Translations under genes and position numbers: made by a program | NCBI GenBank assembly: GCA_040954595.2 | Contig: CM082589.2 | Coordinates: forward strand, 3,114,213 to 3,178,212 | Source: Balanoglossus misakiensis | Taxonomy: Eukaryota > Animalia > Hemichordata | Reading direction: 5' to 3' | DNA length: 64,000 bases | Notes under the pieces: generated by a model | Databases searched by the model: none | Told to the model about the DNA's origin: nothing | Seen by the model: only the letters and a program-made list of their open reading frames with translations | Part shown: in pieces, positions 1-11,436 of the stretch | How positions within the stretch are numbered: the first letter of the stretch is position 1 | Layout of the letters: each line of letters opens with the position of its first letter

Positions 1-8
1 CTGTGCAG

Positions 9-3000
9 ATGGAAACTGATATTGTTGGTGAGGATACAGATGAAACAAAAACCGCTGACAGCAGCGTAGATGCGACTTGGAAGAATAGTAGTGACAGTGA
101 TGAATTAGCAGCAGACGACTTCAGCAGTGCAGATGAGGAAACAGCAGATGACAACAGGGCACCTGCAAGTGAACAACACGGTCGTGACATCAGCCACACA
201 GATGATATCAGAAGTAGGCTACGGAAGAGAGTCCAGAAAGTCGTCGTCTACCAGGACTCATCAGGAGATGAAAGTGCCAGTTCAGTAAATGATGAGGCAA
301 GTGAAGGCCAGGAGGAGGAGGAGGGGCAAGAAGTGAGGATAATATCAGACGCCGCAGCGAAGAGAGGGCCGTCAGTTCAGAAACCAGCCATGTCGGCAAG
401 TCTGGAACATAATCTGAGGCAAAGTCTGAAAGGAAAAGGTGACTTGTTGGGTGACGGATCTGAGACAGGAAAATGGATAAGAAAGAAGTTAGAAGCGGCC
501 TTAGAACATATTGAAGAAGTATATGAAGGTGACGACAAGACAGGGAAGAGAAGCTTCCGTTGCAAGCTGTGTAAGAAAGTCTATATGCTCAAACGCAATA
601 CAAGGGATCACATAGTCAGCATGCATTTTAACATTAAACGCTACGTCTGTCCAATGTGTGATTTTGCTTTCAATCGGAGGGACAGCCTGGTCAGCCATAT
701 CAAATGTATTCACAATGTGGAAGTGAATAATACGTCGCCCCCAGAAGATTTATTACAGTGGGACTGCAAGAAGTGTGACCGGGTATTCGCCAGCCGCAGA
801 AAGTTTAGGCGGCACATGCAGACACACGTGTCGCCCAGCTCCAAGAACAGGTGTGGCATCTGTGGCAAGCAGTTCCTGGGAGCACAGCATTTGTGTGGGC
901 ACATCAACAGCTGCCGGGGGTCGGACGATGGAAACAGCGGCGTCGCTGGTGGTGATGCAGAAGCCCCAGATGCCGAGTTTGAGAAACGGTTTGCGGAGAA
1001 GATGGAAGAAGCCGGGAATCTCGTAGAGGTCGTTTTCGAGAGCGGTAACAACGGAAGTGACCCGGGAGTTGCGGAGACCATGGAAGCAGACGCGGACGGC
1101 CAGAAGGGAAGGGCAAGCTACCAGTGCAAGCTGTGTCAGAAACGGTACACAGTGCGAACAAGTGCCAGGGATCACATCCTTGATAGTCATTTCAAAATCA
1201 AACGTTACACCTGCACTCTGTGCAACTCTGCTTTCCAGCGGCGTGCCGATTTGGTCAGCCACAGTCTGTCAATTCACGACCGCGACATAAGGAGGAATGT
1301 GAGCCAACCTCAACACTTTACATTGAAGTGGAAATGTGAGAAGTGTGGCCAAAAGTTTAGGGCCCATAAGCAGCTAAGGCAACACAAGAAAGTACACAAC
1401 TTGCACAAATGTCGGTACGAGTGCGAATTTTGTGGCAAGAAGATCTCACGGGCAAACTATTTCATCAAGCACGTGAAAGGCTGTCGCAGGGCCTCAAGGA
1501 AGAACCCAGCAAGCGCTTCTGGTGATGTTGCAGATCATGGGGGCCAAGAAACGGCACAATCAGGGGCCAACACTGGAAGTGCCTACACGTGCAACAGGTG
1601 CGGCATGGCCTTTGACAGAAGCTCCGGTCTCAAACGGCACGTAGCTGTTTTCCACGGGAAAATGCAGAAGTACCAGTGCCATTACTGCCAGTTGTCCTTC
1701 AGTATCAAGCAAAATCTAAACAGGCACATCGAGGAGGTTCACATCCCACTGCAGTGTGACACATGCAAATTGGTGTTCGTCGATGACCAGGGCCTCAAAA
1801 ATCACCAAGAGTCTCAATGTTGGAAAGAATGTGGTGTTTGTTCTGAGCAGTTCTCAGACAAAGAGCAATTCCTGGTTCATCAGGAAAGAAAACATGAAAA
1901 CCGGGAAGAAAAAGATCGTGAAGAAACACAAGAAGAAATAGACGAAAAACCTCACAAGTGCAATTTTTGTGAGAAACGTTTCAGAACGCAGAAGGGATTG
2001 TACAAGCATTCTTTCCACCATGAGCAAAATGCATTGAAATGTCATCTTTGTGACTTGTCATTTAGCACTGGAGCAAAGTTGATCGAACACGTTAAAAATG
2101 ACCATGTGAATGAAATCCAGCAGCCTGGGGAGACTAGAGAATATATCCGTCAAAATGATACAACCAATCAAGCTTCAGGGGGTGGAATTAATCAGATTCA
2201 GTCAGCCAATCAAATCAGAGATGGCCAATTCGAAACTGCCAGTCAAACTGAAAAATCTGCTTCTGTCCAAAGGGATGAAGAGTCCATGCCGGCTCAGCTG
2301 TCGTGTAATGGCCCAGAAAGCAGCAACAACGGAGACAAAGGTGACACCTCGTTAGAAACCAGTGGTAACGATTGTGAAATTGATCAGATAGCAACCAACA
2401 TGAGTAAATTTAGACCTTACCGCAGGGAAGATGAAAAAGTCAGACCTTACAAGTGTACAGTGTGTCCTATGAGCTTCAATCAAGAAAGATACCTGAAGAG
2501 ACATCTTTCCATCCATTCCGGCAAAAAGATGTTCAAATGTTACACCTGTGGCAGGCAATTTCATAAGTCCAACGCACCACATAGGTGTTTCTATAAATGC
2601 GACAAGTGCGATGAACAATTCACCGACCCGTTCAGTTTCCGACAGCATGGGTTTGAGCACTACGACAAGGATGCCTACCAGTGTGAGATATGCGGCTGGC
2701 TGTTCACGACAAAGTCGAGCTTGCAGTCGCACATGTACACCCATCTGGGCATTAGACCGTACACGTGCCGGTACTGCGAGAGAACCTTCGTTCAGTCGAG
2801 CAGCCGGATGATGCACGAGCGCACGCACACCGGGGAGAAACCACATCTTTGCGAAAAATGCGGCAAGTCGTTCTTATCCACGTTCGAGCTACGCACGCAC
2901 ATCAGAAGGAACCACGCGAACGTGCCCACACCAATGTCCTTCAAGTGCGATTACTGTCCCCGGACCTTCTCCTCCAGGCTCTCACTGGGCGGGCATCTCG

Positions 3001-3440
3001 GGAAGCACATCTCGAACACCGCCTTGACGTGCCAAGTCTGCGGCAAGGTCTACCGCCGCAGGGGAAACCTGGAGGAGCACATGCGCACACACGACGGGGA
3101 TCAGTCGCAGCAGCCCACCACTCGCAGCAGGAAGCAGAAGCACCCCCGGAAGGGTCGGACTGACCCATCGGGATACGACCCACAACAGGCAACATCCAGT
3201 ACGTCTGCGATGCCAGGTTTCGGCGCCACATTCACTCACAGCATGGATCATGACGGATTGCGATATGAACAGGGAATTGCACATTTCAGTGAAGCACCAG
3301 TGGACACAACCAGAAGAGGCGATCTGCAGGGGCCAGAGGAACCAACAATGCTGTATCCACAGCAGGACATGTTCACCGGATCAGGACAAGAAACAGTACA
3401 TCAATATCCTTTTACTAACAATCAGTATTACCGGATGTGA
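9..3440 (+). CDS. Multi-C2H2 zinc-finger protein (large terminal coding exon; upstream exons probably lie outside the window)
   Basis: 1145-codon open frame with more than 20 CxxC...HxxxH fingers, including canonical linkers HTGEKPH and HLGIRPY, and an acidic N-terminal region. It is preceded by ctgtgcag, a probable splice acceptor at 7-8. Stop TGA at 3438-3440. Confidence 0.93.
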   Translation: METDIVGEDTDETKTADSSVDATWKNSSDSDELAADDFSSADEETADDNRAPASEQHGRDISHTDDIRSRLRKRVQKVVVYQDSSGDESASSVNDEASEGQEEEEGQEVRIISDAAAKRGPSVQKPAMSASLEHNLRQSLKGKGDLLGDGSETGKWIRKKLEAALEHIEEVYEGDDKTGKRSFRCKLCKKVYMLKRNTRDHIVSMHFNIKRYVCPMCDFAFNRRDSLVSHIKCIHNVEVNNTSPPEDLLQWDCKKCDRVFASRRKFRRHMQTHVSPSSKNRCGICGKQFLGAQHLCGHINSCRGSDDGNSGVAGGDAEAPDAEFEKRFAEKMEEAGNLVEVVFESGNNGSDPGVAETMEADADGQKGRASYQCKLCQKRYTVRTSARDHILDSHFKIKRYTCTLCNSAFQRRADLVSHSLSIHDRDIRRNVSQPQHFTLKWKCEKCGQKFRAHKQLRQHKKVHNLHKCRYECEFCGKKISRANYFIKHVKGCRRASRKNPASASGDVADHGGQETAQSGANTGSAYTCNRCGMAFDRSSGLKRHVAVFHGKMQKYQCHYCQLSFSIKQNLNRHIEEVHIPLQCDTCKLVFVDDQGLKNHQESQCWKECGVCSEQFSDKEQFLVHQERKHENREEKDREETQEEIDEKPHKCNFCEKRFRTQKGLYKHSFHHEQNALKCHLCDLSFSTGAKLIEHVKNDHVNEIQQPGETREYIRQNDTTNQASGGGINQIQSANQIRDGQFETASQTEKSASVQRDEESMPAQLSCNGPESSNNGDKGDTSLETSGNDCEIDQIATNMSKFRPYRREDEKVRPYKCTVCPMSFNQERYLKRHLSIHSGKKMFKCYTCGRQFHKSNAPHRCFYKCDKCDEQFTDPFSFRQHGFEHYDKDAYQCEICGWLFTTKSSLQSHMYTHLGIRPYTCRYCERTFVQSSSRMMHERTHTGEKPHLCEKCGKSFLSTFELRTHIRRNHANVPTPMSFKCDYCPRTFSSRLSLGGHLGKHISNTALTCQVCGKVYRRRGNLEEHMRTHDGDQSQQPTTRSRKQKHPRKGRTDPSGYDPQQATSSTSAMPGFGATFTHSMDHDGLRYEQGIAHFSEAPVDTTRRGDLQGPEEPTMLYPQQDMFTGSGQETVHQYPFTNNQYYRM

Positions 3441-4521
3441 ACATTGCATTCATATTTGCCTGAACTCACTACTTCAACCCTTTTCATTATTTTCTGTGAT
3501 ATAGTTCCATCCATACATTTTTTGCAGCTTTTATTTTACTTGTAGTTTATTAAGTATGAGCTGTTATTTCACATTTTATGACGAATTAGTTTTATCATCT
3601 TTTTTTCCCTACCCAACAACTTGGCAAAACTGAGTTCGCCCAGAACATTACTAACACTATGCACATTTAGTATTATCATACAACTCTTTATTGAATATAA
3701 AATTTTATAAATCACATCAAAAGGTGACACTCAAAAAAAAAATCAATACTTTGAAAGAAAAAGAAGAGGATAGAAAACAGCTGTAGTTAAAATTCCTACA
3801 AACATGTGATACAGCACACCCTATTGGCCAGCAGGACAAACTTGCTCTGTTCATTGGCCAATCAGTTTCCAATAAGTACACATGTGATTAACAACTATGG
3901 CAGTACATATTTCAAACTCTATAACAGAAAAGAGATTCCTACATAATTGTAAATAAAAGATACCGATTCAAAGTACAGAAGTTTGGTGTTACCATGGCAG
4001 TGTTTTTGTACTGTACCCCAGCTCCATATCCGATGTCACGTAAATGATGCGTTCAACTTTTGCAACAACTGGTATAAAGAAATCTAATGAAAAACACCCT
4101 GTGCAAGTGCTAGTAATTAAGAATAAAAATTTATATAAATAAGATTTCTTTTTTTTTTTCATGATTATATATGTAATTAATACTATCCGAAATTATAAGT
4201 CCACTTTTGAGATATCTCCAGCCACTGTTGGAATATGTCTGTGTTGCCAAGCAACATTGTTGTGTAAACATTGGCTGCAGATGCCATCACAAGGTAGAAT
4301 CTACAAAAATATGAATGAAAATTCACTTTCCCTTTCATGTTAAATTCTGTGGCAACAAGCGATTGTGGAAGCAATTTTTTTTGACAAACATTCTCAACAT
4401 ATTTGCACCTCATGCTGTTATGAAATCAGAAACACATACATGTACTTACAATTGGCAATGAAAGGGTGATTTAGAAATGGCAGTGAAGGTTGAAACTGTA
4501 CAAGTTTTCAGACAAAAAAAT

Positions 4522-7500
4522 CTATATTTGCACTGGAGAGAAGATGCCTGGGTTTGGGTTGGCAGTACTTCGCCTGGTGGAGCGTCTCGTTGCTTGGGGG
4601 TGGATTGGAGAGAATAGTCCATTGGTCAGAGTGTCGCTAGCGTTTGCCTGGCTCTTGTTGGCTTGTCCTGCGAAGTAATCAAAGTATACCAGTTAGCATG
4701 TTTTAGTTGTAAAATACTGATGTATAAGGTTTCATGATCAATGCGTATCAATTGACATCACAGCAGATCTGCGGTAGACCAATCTGCATGATATCGTCTC
4801 AAATGCGGCACAAAACACGTCAGCACTTCAGATTCAATCAAGCTGACAGCATGATCCTATAATTAACTCTTGGGAGACATTCATTAGTTGGTAGCAAAAG
4901 TGTGAAATCATTTTGATCGATATACACCCATTTATTTTGTCAGTTCTGACAGCTGTCAGTTTGGTGTCAATTTCACATGTCAATCACAATGACATGGTGA
5001 GGTGTGTCCATAATCTACATACTGGGCATTGACTGTGCTTTGAATGATGTCATAGGTCCTTGAGAGGTCAAGGGTAATTAATGTGCAGTCACACTTACCA
5101 GATGGGGAATCAAATGAGATCAAATTGAGAGAGTCATCGAATGTACTGTTAGACAAGGTGGATTTCTCAAATGGTGTGAAGAGATAATTTTCACTGTCCA
5201 TCTTGGCCTATAGGAAAAAGTAGTTACAAAACAAAATTCATTTTTAAAATCCTCAGGAGTAGTTTGTGTGGAGACAATTTTAATTAACTAGCATCTATAA
5301 GAAGGTTGCCTACACCCTGGCTCTATGATTAACATGAATACAGGTCACACATGTCAAGATAATGCCCCCCCCCCCCCAACCAAGGAAACGTGACTCTCAC
5401 CTGAGTTGGTGTGTTTGACTTCATGGTTAGTTTGGAAAAGTTATCAGACAGAGATTTGTTTGCTGACACTGGACTGTTGCCTAGGGGAAAATGGGAGAGA
5501 GAGAGACAAAATTAAGCACTGTTCACCAAATATGCCAAAGAGATAACCAAAGACAGTCAGACACACATAGGACAGATTCCAGGCTACTTACAACCATGCA
5601 CCGCGTGCCTTGTTTTCAAAGGACTCCTCATTTTCAGATCATTCAGCTGCTGTGTCGGCTCGGTCTTCATGAATTCCTCGGCCTGCAAATTCAAATCGAC
5701 CACACTGACGTTGGCAGGTGTGTCTATCGCCACCACCAGCGCCGGGCTGTCCACTGGTCTACTAGGCATCAGGTACTTGGCGAAATTCTGCATCAGAAAG
5801 AAACAACGTTGGTTGGTGGGGAATAAACACTACCAGTACACATTGTAGACAGCATGTTCATGGCAATCTGATCTGATTTAAATGCTCAGGAAAAAAAGAG
5901 ATTGGCACTCACATCGCAATCTGCACTTTTTTCGGGAGTGTTTTTCTGACAAAGTGATCGTCGCAACCGGGCCTTGCTCTTGTTCTGCGGCGTGGCAGTG
6001 TTTGATGCCAGTGGCGACTGTAACCTTGACAACGCCCTGCCCGATGAAGACACCGTGTTGCTCTGCAGGCATTTCTGTGATGGTGTACCAGCTGCAGGAA
6101 TAAAAAAAAATCTGTCAAGAGGAATTTCTGATTCTCAATTCCTTTATAAACAGTACCCTCTTCAAACAGGTGCACAACAGATGCGAGAATGATATCAAAT
6201 ATTCATACCTTCACAATGCTTGCCAGGAGTTTTCACAGGACTGGAGACCTTGAAGAAACCAGCGTCAAACGTCTTCACTTCCTCCGCCCTGGACTTGGCC
6301 GCGGCTTCGTCTGCCAACTTGGCTTTCATGGCAGCCTTGACTTCGGCCAGTCTTTTCTTGGCCGCAGCCCTAGCCTCGCTCGCTTTGGAGGACTTGGCAG
6401 CAACTGGCTTGGTCTTCTAATTAGAAAATCATTAAACATAACAGTCAAGCACTGTCATACATTACATGCAATATGTATCTTACTTGCAACACAAATGCCT
6501 TACAGAATGAACAGGAGTTTACAAAACACCTCGACCTGGAAATTCAATTTTTGTTTACCTTGACAACAGTCTTTTTCGGGGCTTTGGGTCTGACAACTTC
6601 CACTCTCTGCCAGTTGTTCTTTTTCAGTTTTTCCAGATCGTTGAACAAGTCATGCACATTGTCGACCTGCGAGTGAAGATGGAAATGATGTGGTGAAGGG
6701 GATATATTGCGTAGAAACTGAGAAACAGATCAGATCACTATGTGAAGTCCGAAAGCCAACAACTCTCCTACCTGTATTTCCACCATATCCCAGAAACCCT
6801 GCAAGTCTGTACAGGTGACCTCTTTCTCACCGCGATGGAATTCCGAGTCGTCGATCAAGCCGATGAACTGCCCAAACCTCTCCTTCATCAACAGCTGGGC
6901 TTTTCCGATGGCGGCAAAGATCTGGCCAGTCACTGCGAGAGTTATGAGGAATGCATTAATTGGGAAAACCCATGAGCACAAAACCACTGCATTGCAACTT
7001 TTATCTAAAACAGTGTAAATCCTAAAGAATGAACTCCATCCATGACTCACCATCTTCAGTGACTTCTCCATCATTCTTCACTTCATCCCATTTATTGCAC
7101 AGACCATTCAATGCCTCGGTTGCGTTCTGCACAATTCGCCGGAAGTAGGGCACATCGTGTTGCTCCCCGGAGCCATCTTGGGTGTCCATGGCAACGGCAT
7201 CTTGATGAGGAAGCAAAAGGACATTTGAAAATAAATATGTCCTTTCCCATTCTCCAAACTTTCTTCCAAAATTTATCTTTTGGCGTCTTTGTCTGTACAA
7301 AATTCTATGTCTAAGTTTTAACTGCCATGCGAGTAATGATACATGTGCACACACACACTTTTGTGCACATACCTTTTTCTTCTTGGCTATCCACAGCCTT
7401 TGTGGTTGACTCTTCCATTTTCTGGTCCTGCACCGGCGTTGCAACTCTGACAGAAATCCGTTTGGATCTCCTCGGTGTGACGCCCATCTCCTCTTCCCCA

Positions 7501-10500
7501 TCAGCATTCGCAAGTTTGGGTGCTGGGGTCAACCGGCGACCCGACGGCCTTCTTGATCGACCTGTAGGAGTATTCTCTTTTGCAGCGATATCATTCGCTT
7601 CTTGATTCCTCTTTCTCAGACTGGGAGATTGCTTCTCACCAGATGCGATACCACTGTCCGCCTCCTCAGGTTGATCGTCTGCTACTTTGGGTCCAGATTG
7701 ACGTCGTGATCGTCGCAGCTTCGGTGTGTCACCTTCCTCAACCGTTTCACAGTTGTGGAAAGTTGCAGCTGGCGTGGCCTTTCGTTCTGATATTTTACGT
7801 GTTCTTGTTACCACAGGGGTGACATCTACAGAACAGAACAGATGGAGGTCCAATTACACACATATTTAAAAATGTACAATTGCAGCCATCTTAATACATG
7901 TATTTAACCATTTACTATAAAACTGGTGCAAGGCTTACTTTCAGCTTGGTCCACTTCCATCTTGTCTTCATTCTTGTCGATGTCGTCCGCGATGCGTACC
8001 CTCTTCTCAGAGGATTTGACGAAGGGTGTCGATTTGCGACCGGAGAGTTTTCTACTGCGAGGGGTCTTCATTGCAGGTTCGTCAGGATCTGAAAAAATGA
8101 AGAATAACATTTTACAAGTTGAAAAATATCCCCCCCAAAAATCCCAAGAGTTCGCAAATCCAGTTCAGCAGGTGGATTTTTGTTATAAACCTACCAGCGG
8201 CAAAAGAAACCGATCTCCTTGATGCTCGCCTTGGTTTGTGACTCTCCTGATCCATGTCGCTTTCCTCGGAAGTGGAGCTGGACGAAGTGCCTCTGGTGTC
8301 GGCACTCGGCTGGTTACCGAATCTCACAGATCGTCTCAGTTTGGGCTTGGCTCCGAAGACTTCGTCTTTAGGGCCATTGGCAAAAAGTGCCACTGCAGGA
8401 GCTGAAATTTTCATCAGAATTGAACCCATGTTACACATGTGGCTTCAAAGCAAATCACACGATAAACATACATTAAACTGCACAACAGTGAGGGCGCTCT
8501 TACCTGGTGCGCTATCATCTGATTGGCTGTCGCTGTTTCCTTTGATGACCGATACATCAGGCGAGAATAAAGTCAGGTTACCGCTGTGCTTGTGTGGAGT
8601 GGAAATCCTAGCAAGAGAAAAAAAATGTCAAAAAAGATCAGTGATGTTTTCGATCAGTGTATATACTTGGGAACTTGTGGAGCCTATGCAATAGAACTAA
8701 ATGAGATTTTACTTTCATCCCAATCAAAGCAGGATACAAATTTTCATTTGCACCCCTCCACTGACCTGCGCCTTGATTCAACCCCAAAGAAGGCACTGGT
8801 CGACCCTGGGCTCAATGGCTTGAAGGCGAAGCTGGAAACATTCGACGGAACACGGAATTTGAAGTCTGCCGGTGCGAAGGAGTATTCCTGTGTGGGCAGT
8901 GTGGTGTCATCGCCACGTTTAGTCACATTGCCAAAGTTGGTCACAAATGGGTTTGCATCTGTTACAGGCTTTGCGTCGTCCATGGCAGTGTTTTCACCTA
9001 GATGAATTTATTTAAAAAAAGGGACACATCAAGAAAAACACACATGAGATATAAATTGTATAAGCTGTATGGCTTGTACTACATGTACATCTAAGTTCAA
9101 AGGGTTCCAGAACATCTCCCCAATACTAACACCATATATTTTACCTTTAGTATCGGCCTTTGTAGCTGGCAAATTTGTTTCTGTGGGTTGTTTCTGAAAT
9201 ACATAAAGTATTATTGATGAGTCTTGATCCTGTACCCATAAAGTTACAGATAAATTATGCAAACATGTTTTTTTGTACTCCACTGTAGAAACATACTTTA
9301 CTGTTATTCCTCTTCCGTGAAGTAGATGCTGTAGAAGTGGTGGCCGGTGCTTTGGATGCAAGTCTTGTAGATGACCTCAATGGTTTTGTCTCTGGGACAG
9401 CATGCTATAAATACCAAGAAAATTCACAAGGGTAAAGACACTAACTTTTAACATTATTTTTATCATATCAGGTTTTCACAGAGTTCATAAAATGGTCTAT
9501 TGAATGAATAGGCCATGATTGATCATGATATAGTTGTTGTACTCTATACCTTGCTGTTACTTGTCTTCCTCAATGTGGAAGCTGTAGTAGAGTTTGTCGC
9601 TGCTTTGGATGCTAGCCTGGTGGATGACCTCATCGGTTTGGTCTCCGGGGCAACATGATTCTGGAAATATCGAGAAAATTTACATCTTTACACTTGCCGG
9701 TCATAATTTTAAGAAGTGAAAAGAGACCTAGCCAATGACAGATACAGACACGCCTTTTTAACCATATATTGGTATATGTAAATTAGAGATGATTGTATAC
9801 CTTTACAAGGTTCATTATTATTTGTGCTGACCTACCCGTTTAGCTCTTGTAGAAGAAACTGGTTTTGAGGCAGTTTGTCTTTTGTCTTCTGTAGGCCTGT
9901 TAGCCAACCTAGCAGAGGACCTTGGCATTTGACTTGAAGTTCCACTTGTTGTCTTAGATGCACCCCTTTCATTTGAGTAAAGTTTGCTATCCTTGTATTC
10001 AACATGGTGAACTTTGAAAATTCTCTTTTGGGCTGCCTTTTGTTGGTCCAGTTTTTTCTTCAATTCTTTTTCCTCTTTCCATCTCTTTAACATTTCTCGC
10101 CTGTCATTTTTGGGGGGTTGGGGAGCTGTTGGTGGGTTTGAAGCAACACCTCCTGACTTCACTGGTTTTGTTGTTTGACCTAGATTTGGAACATGGTGAC
10201 ACATTTATTATGTCGTGACAGGCATTAGAAAACCCTGCTTGATTATTGTAGATACATTCTGGGTTTTCTTATGCAGAGTCAAGCCAGCTAGACGACTCGA
10301 CTTTGGCGTGCCTTATTCTGCGTTGTGCTATATGTCAATCTCATGCAATCTACACGTCCACTAGCTCTGGACTTATGCGCTGTTTGGGTCTACGCTGCTC
10401 TCCGTCCCCCACAGCTATGGAGCCATGCGTAGGAAATCCTGTTGGGTTGCGGAGCAAAATGATTCGCACCGATTTTCAAACAATAAACTACATGAACATG

Positions 10501-11315
10501 TACATAATGTTGTCAGAAATAAAGATCGAACGAAAATTTCACAAATGGGAACCTACTTGACGTGTTTGTCGCCGAATCGTAAACGTCGTTAACGCAGCGC
10601 CGTAAAACTGGTGACCCTCCCATACAAACATGGACGTTCGCCTTCATTTAAGTCATGTGATCGACACGTGTTTTACTCGGCGTGTTTGTATGGGAGGGTC
10701 ACCAGTTTTACGGCGCTGCGTTAACGACGTTTACGATTCGGCGACAAACACGTCAAGTAGGTTTCCATTTGTGAAATTTTCGTTCGATCTTTATTTCTGA
10801 CAACATTATGTACATGTTCATGTAGTTTATTGTTTGAAAATCGGTGCGAATCATTTTGCTCCGCAACCCAACAGGATTTCCTACGCATGGCTCCATAGCT
10901 GTGGGGGACGGAGAGCAGCGTAGACCCAAACAGCGCATAAGTCCAGAGCTACACGTCCACTTACTGACTCCATTACGTCATCCGACACTTGCAAGGAAGA
11001 TGCAGAGAAGAGACTCGACGATGAGTGAGTCTCAAGTTACTTTCCAAAATTCCTGTGCAGTTATGCTGGGGATGAGCCTCCAGCTTATCACAATTTACCA
11101 CACAGTCACTTACCCTTCACGGCAATTCCTTTCTTTGAATGCGAAATTCTCGACACGGCAGCTTCATCGATGAGAGGGGATAACTGCAGATTTCTCCTGC
11201 GATCGAAGATGTCTTCTCTCGCTGTTCTCTGAACATTCGACCGCCGATGGACTCTTAAGGACTTCCCATCGATATTACCAGTCGCGGCACTTTTGGCTTT
11301 GTATCTTGATTCCAT
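4522..11315 (-). CDS. DLGAP5: Disks large-associated protein 5 (HURP)-like mitotic spindle protein, multi-exon
   Basis: GKAP/GH1 domain spread over exons at ~6200-7200 (HDVPYFRRIVQ...IGKAQLLMKERFGQFIGLIDDSEF...TCTDLQGFWDMVEIQV-DNVHDLFNDLEKLKKNNWQ). N-terminal HURP-like motif DRREMLKRWKEEKELKK and FAPADFKF. ATG at 11315-11313 (MESRYK); last exon 4668-4522 ends GIFSPVQI*. GT-AG exons are traceable throughout. Confidence 0.88.
10362..10951. mobile_element. Non-autonomous foldback/MITE element (Mutator-like by TSD length) in a DLGAP5 intron
   Basis: 269-bp inverted arms (10362-10630 and 10683-10951) with one visible mismatch and a 52-bp spacer. Direct repeat CACGTCCAC flanks both sides (10353-10361, 10952-10960). 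No coding capacity. Confidence 0.88.
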
Positions 11316-11387
11316 CTTTTTAAACGCTAAAATATCAAAATTCTCTTCGAAGTTCGAGCAAACTGTTCTCAACTACTTGTAGTACCT

Positions 11388-11436
11388 TTCAAATATGGCA
11401 GCATGTAGGTGATTGGCTGATTGGTGCGTCTGCGCA
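11388..11436 (-). promoter_or_regulatory. DLGAP5 proximal promoter: two CCAAT boxes plus a CHR-like TTTGAA element
   Basis: The minus strand reads tgcgca-gacgcaCCAATcagCCAATcacctacatgctgccataTTTGAAagg, about 75-120 bp upstream of the ATG. Confidence 0.55.

Noticed and set aside
10303-10938. Identical short ORFs on opposite strands (MRCLGLRCSP...)
   Set aside because: They are a trivial consequence of the inverted repeat.
10966-10988. Possible 23-nt DLGAP5 exon (AAG|TGTCGGATGACGTAATGGAGTCA|GTAAGT) next to the foldback insertion
   Set aside because: It would shift phase 1 to phase 0, and I found no compatible open downstream exon. Exon 1 joins the ~10180 exon in frame without it. RNA data would be needed.
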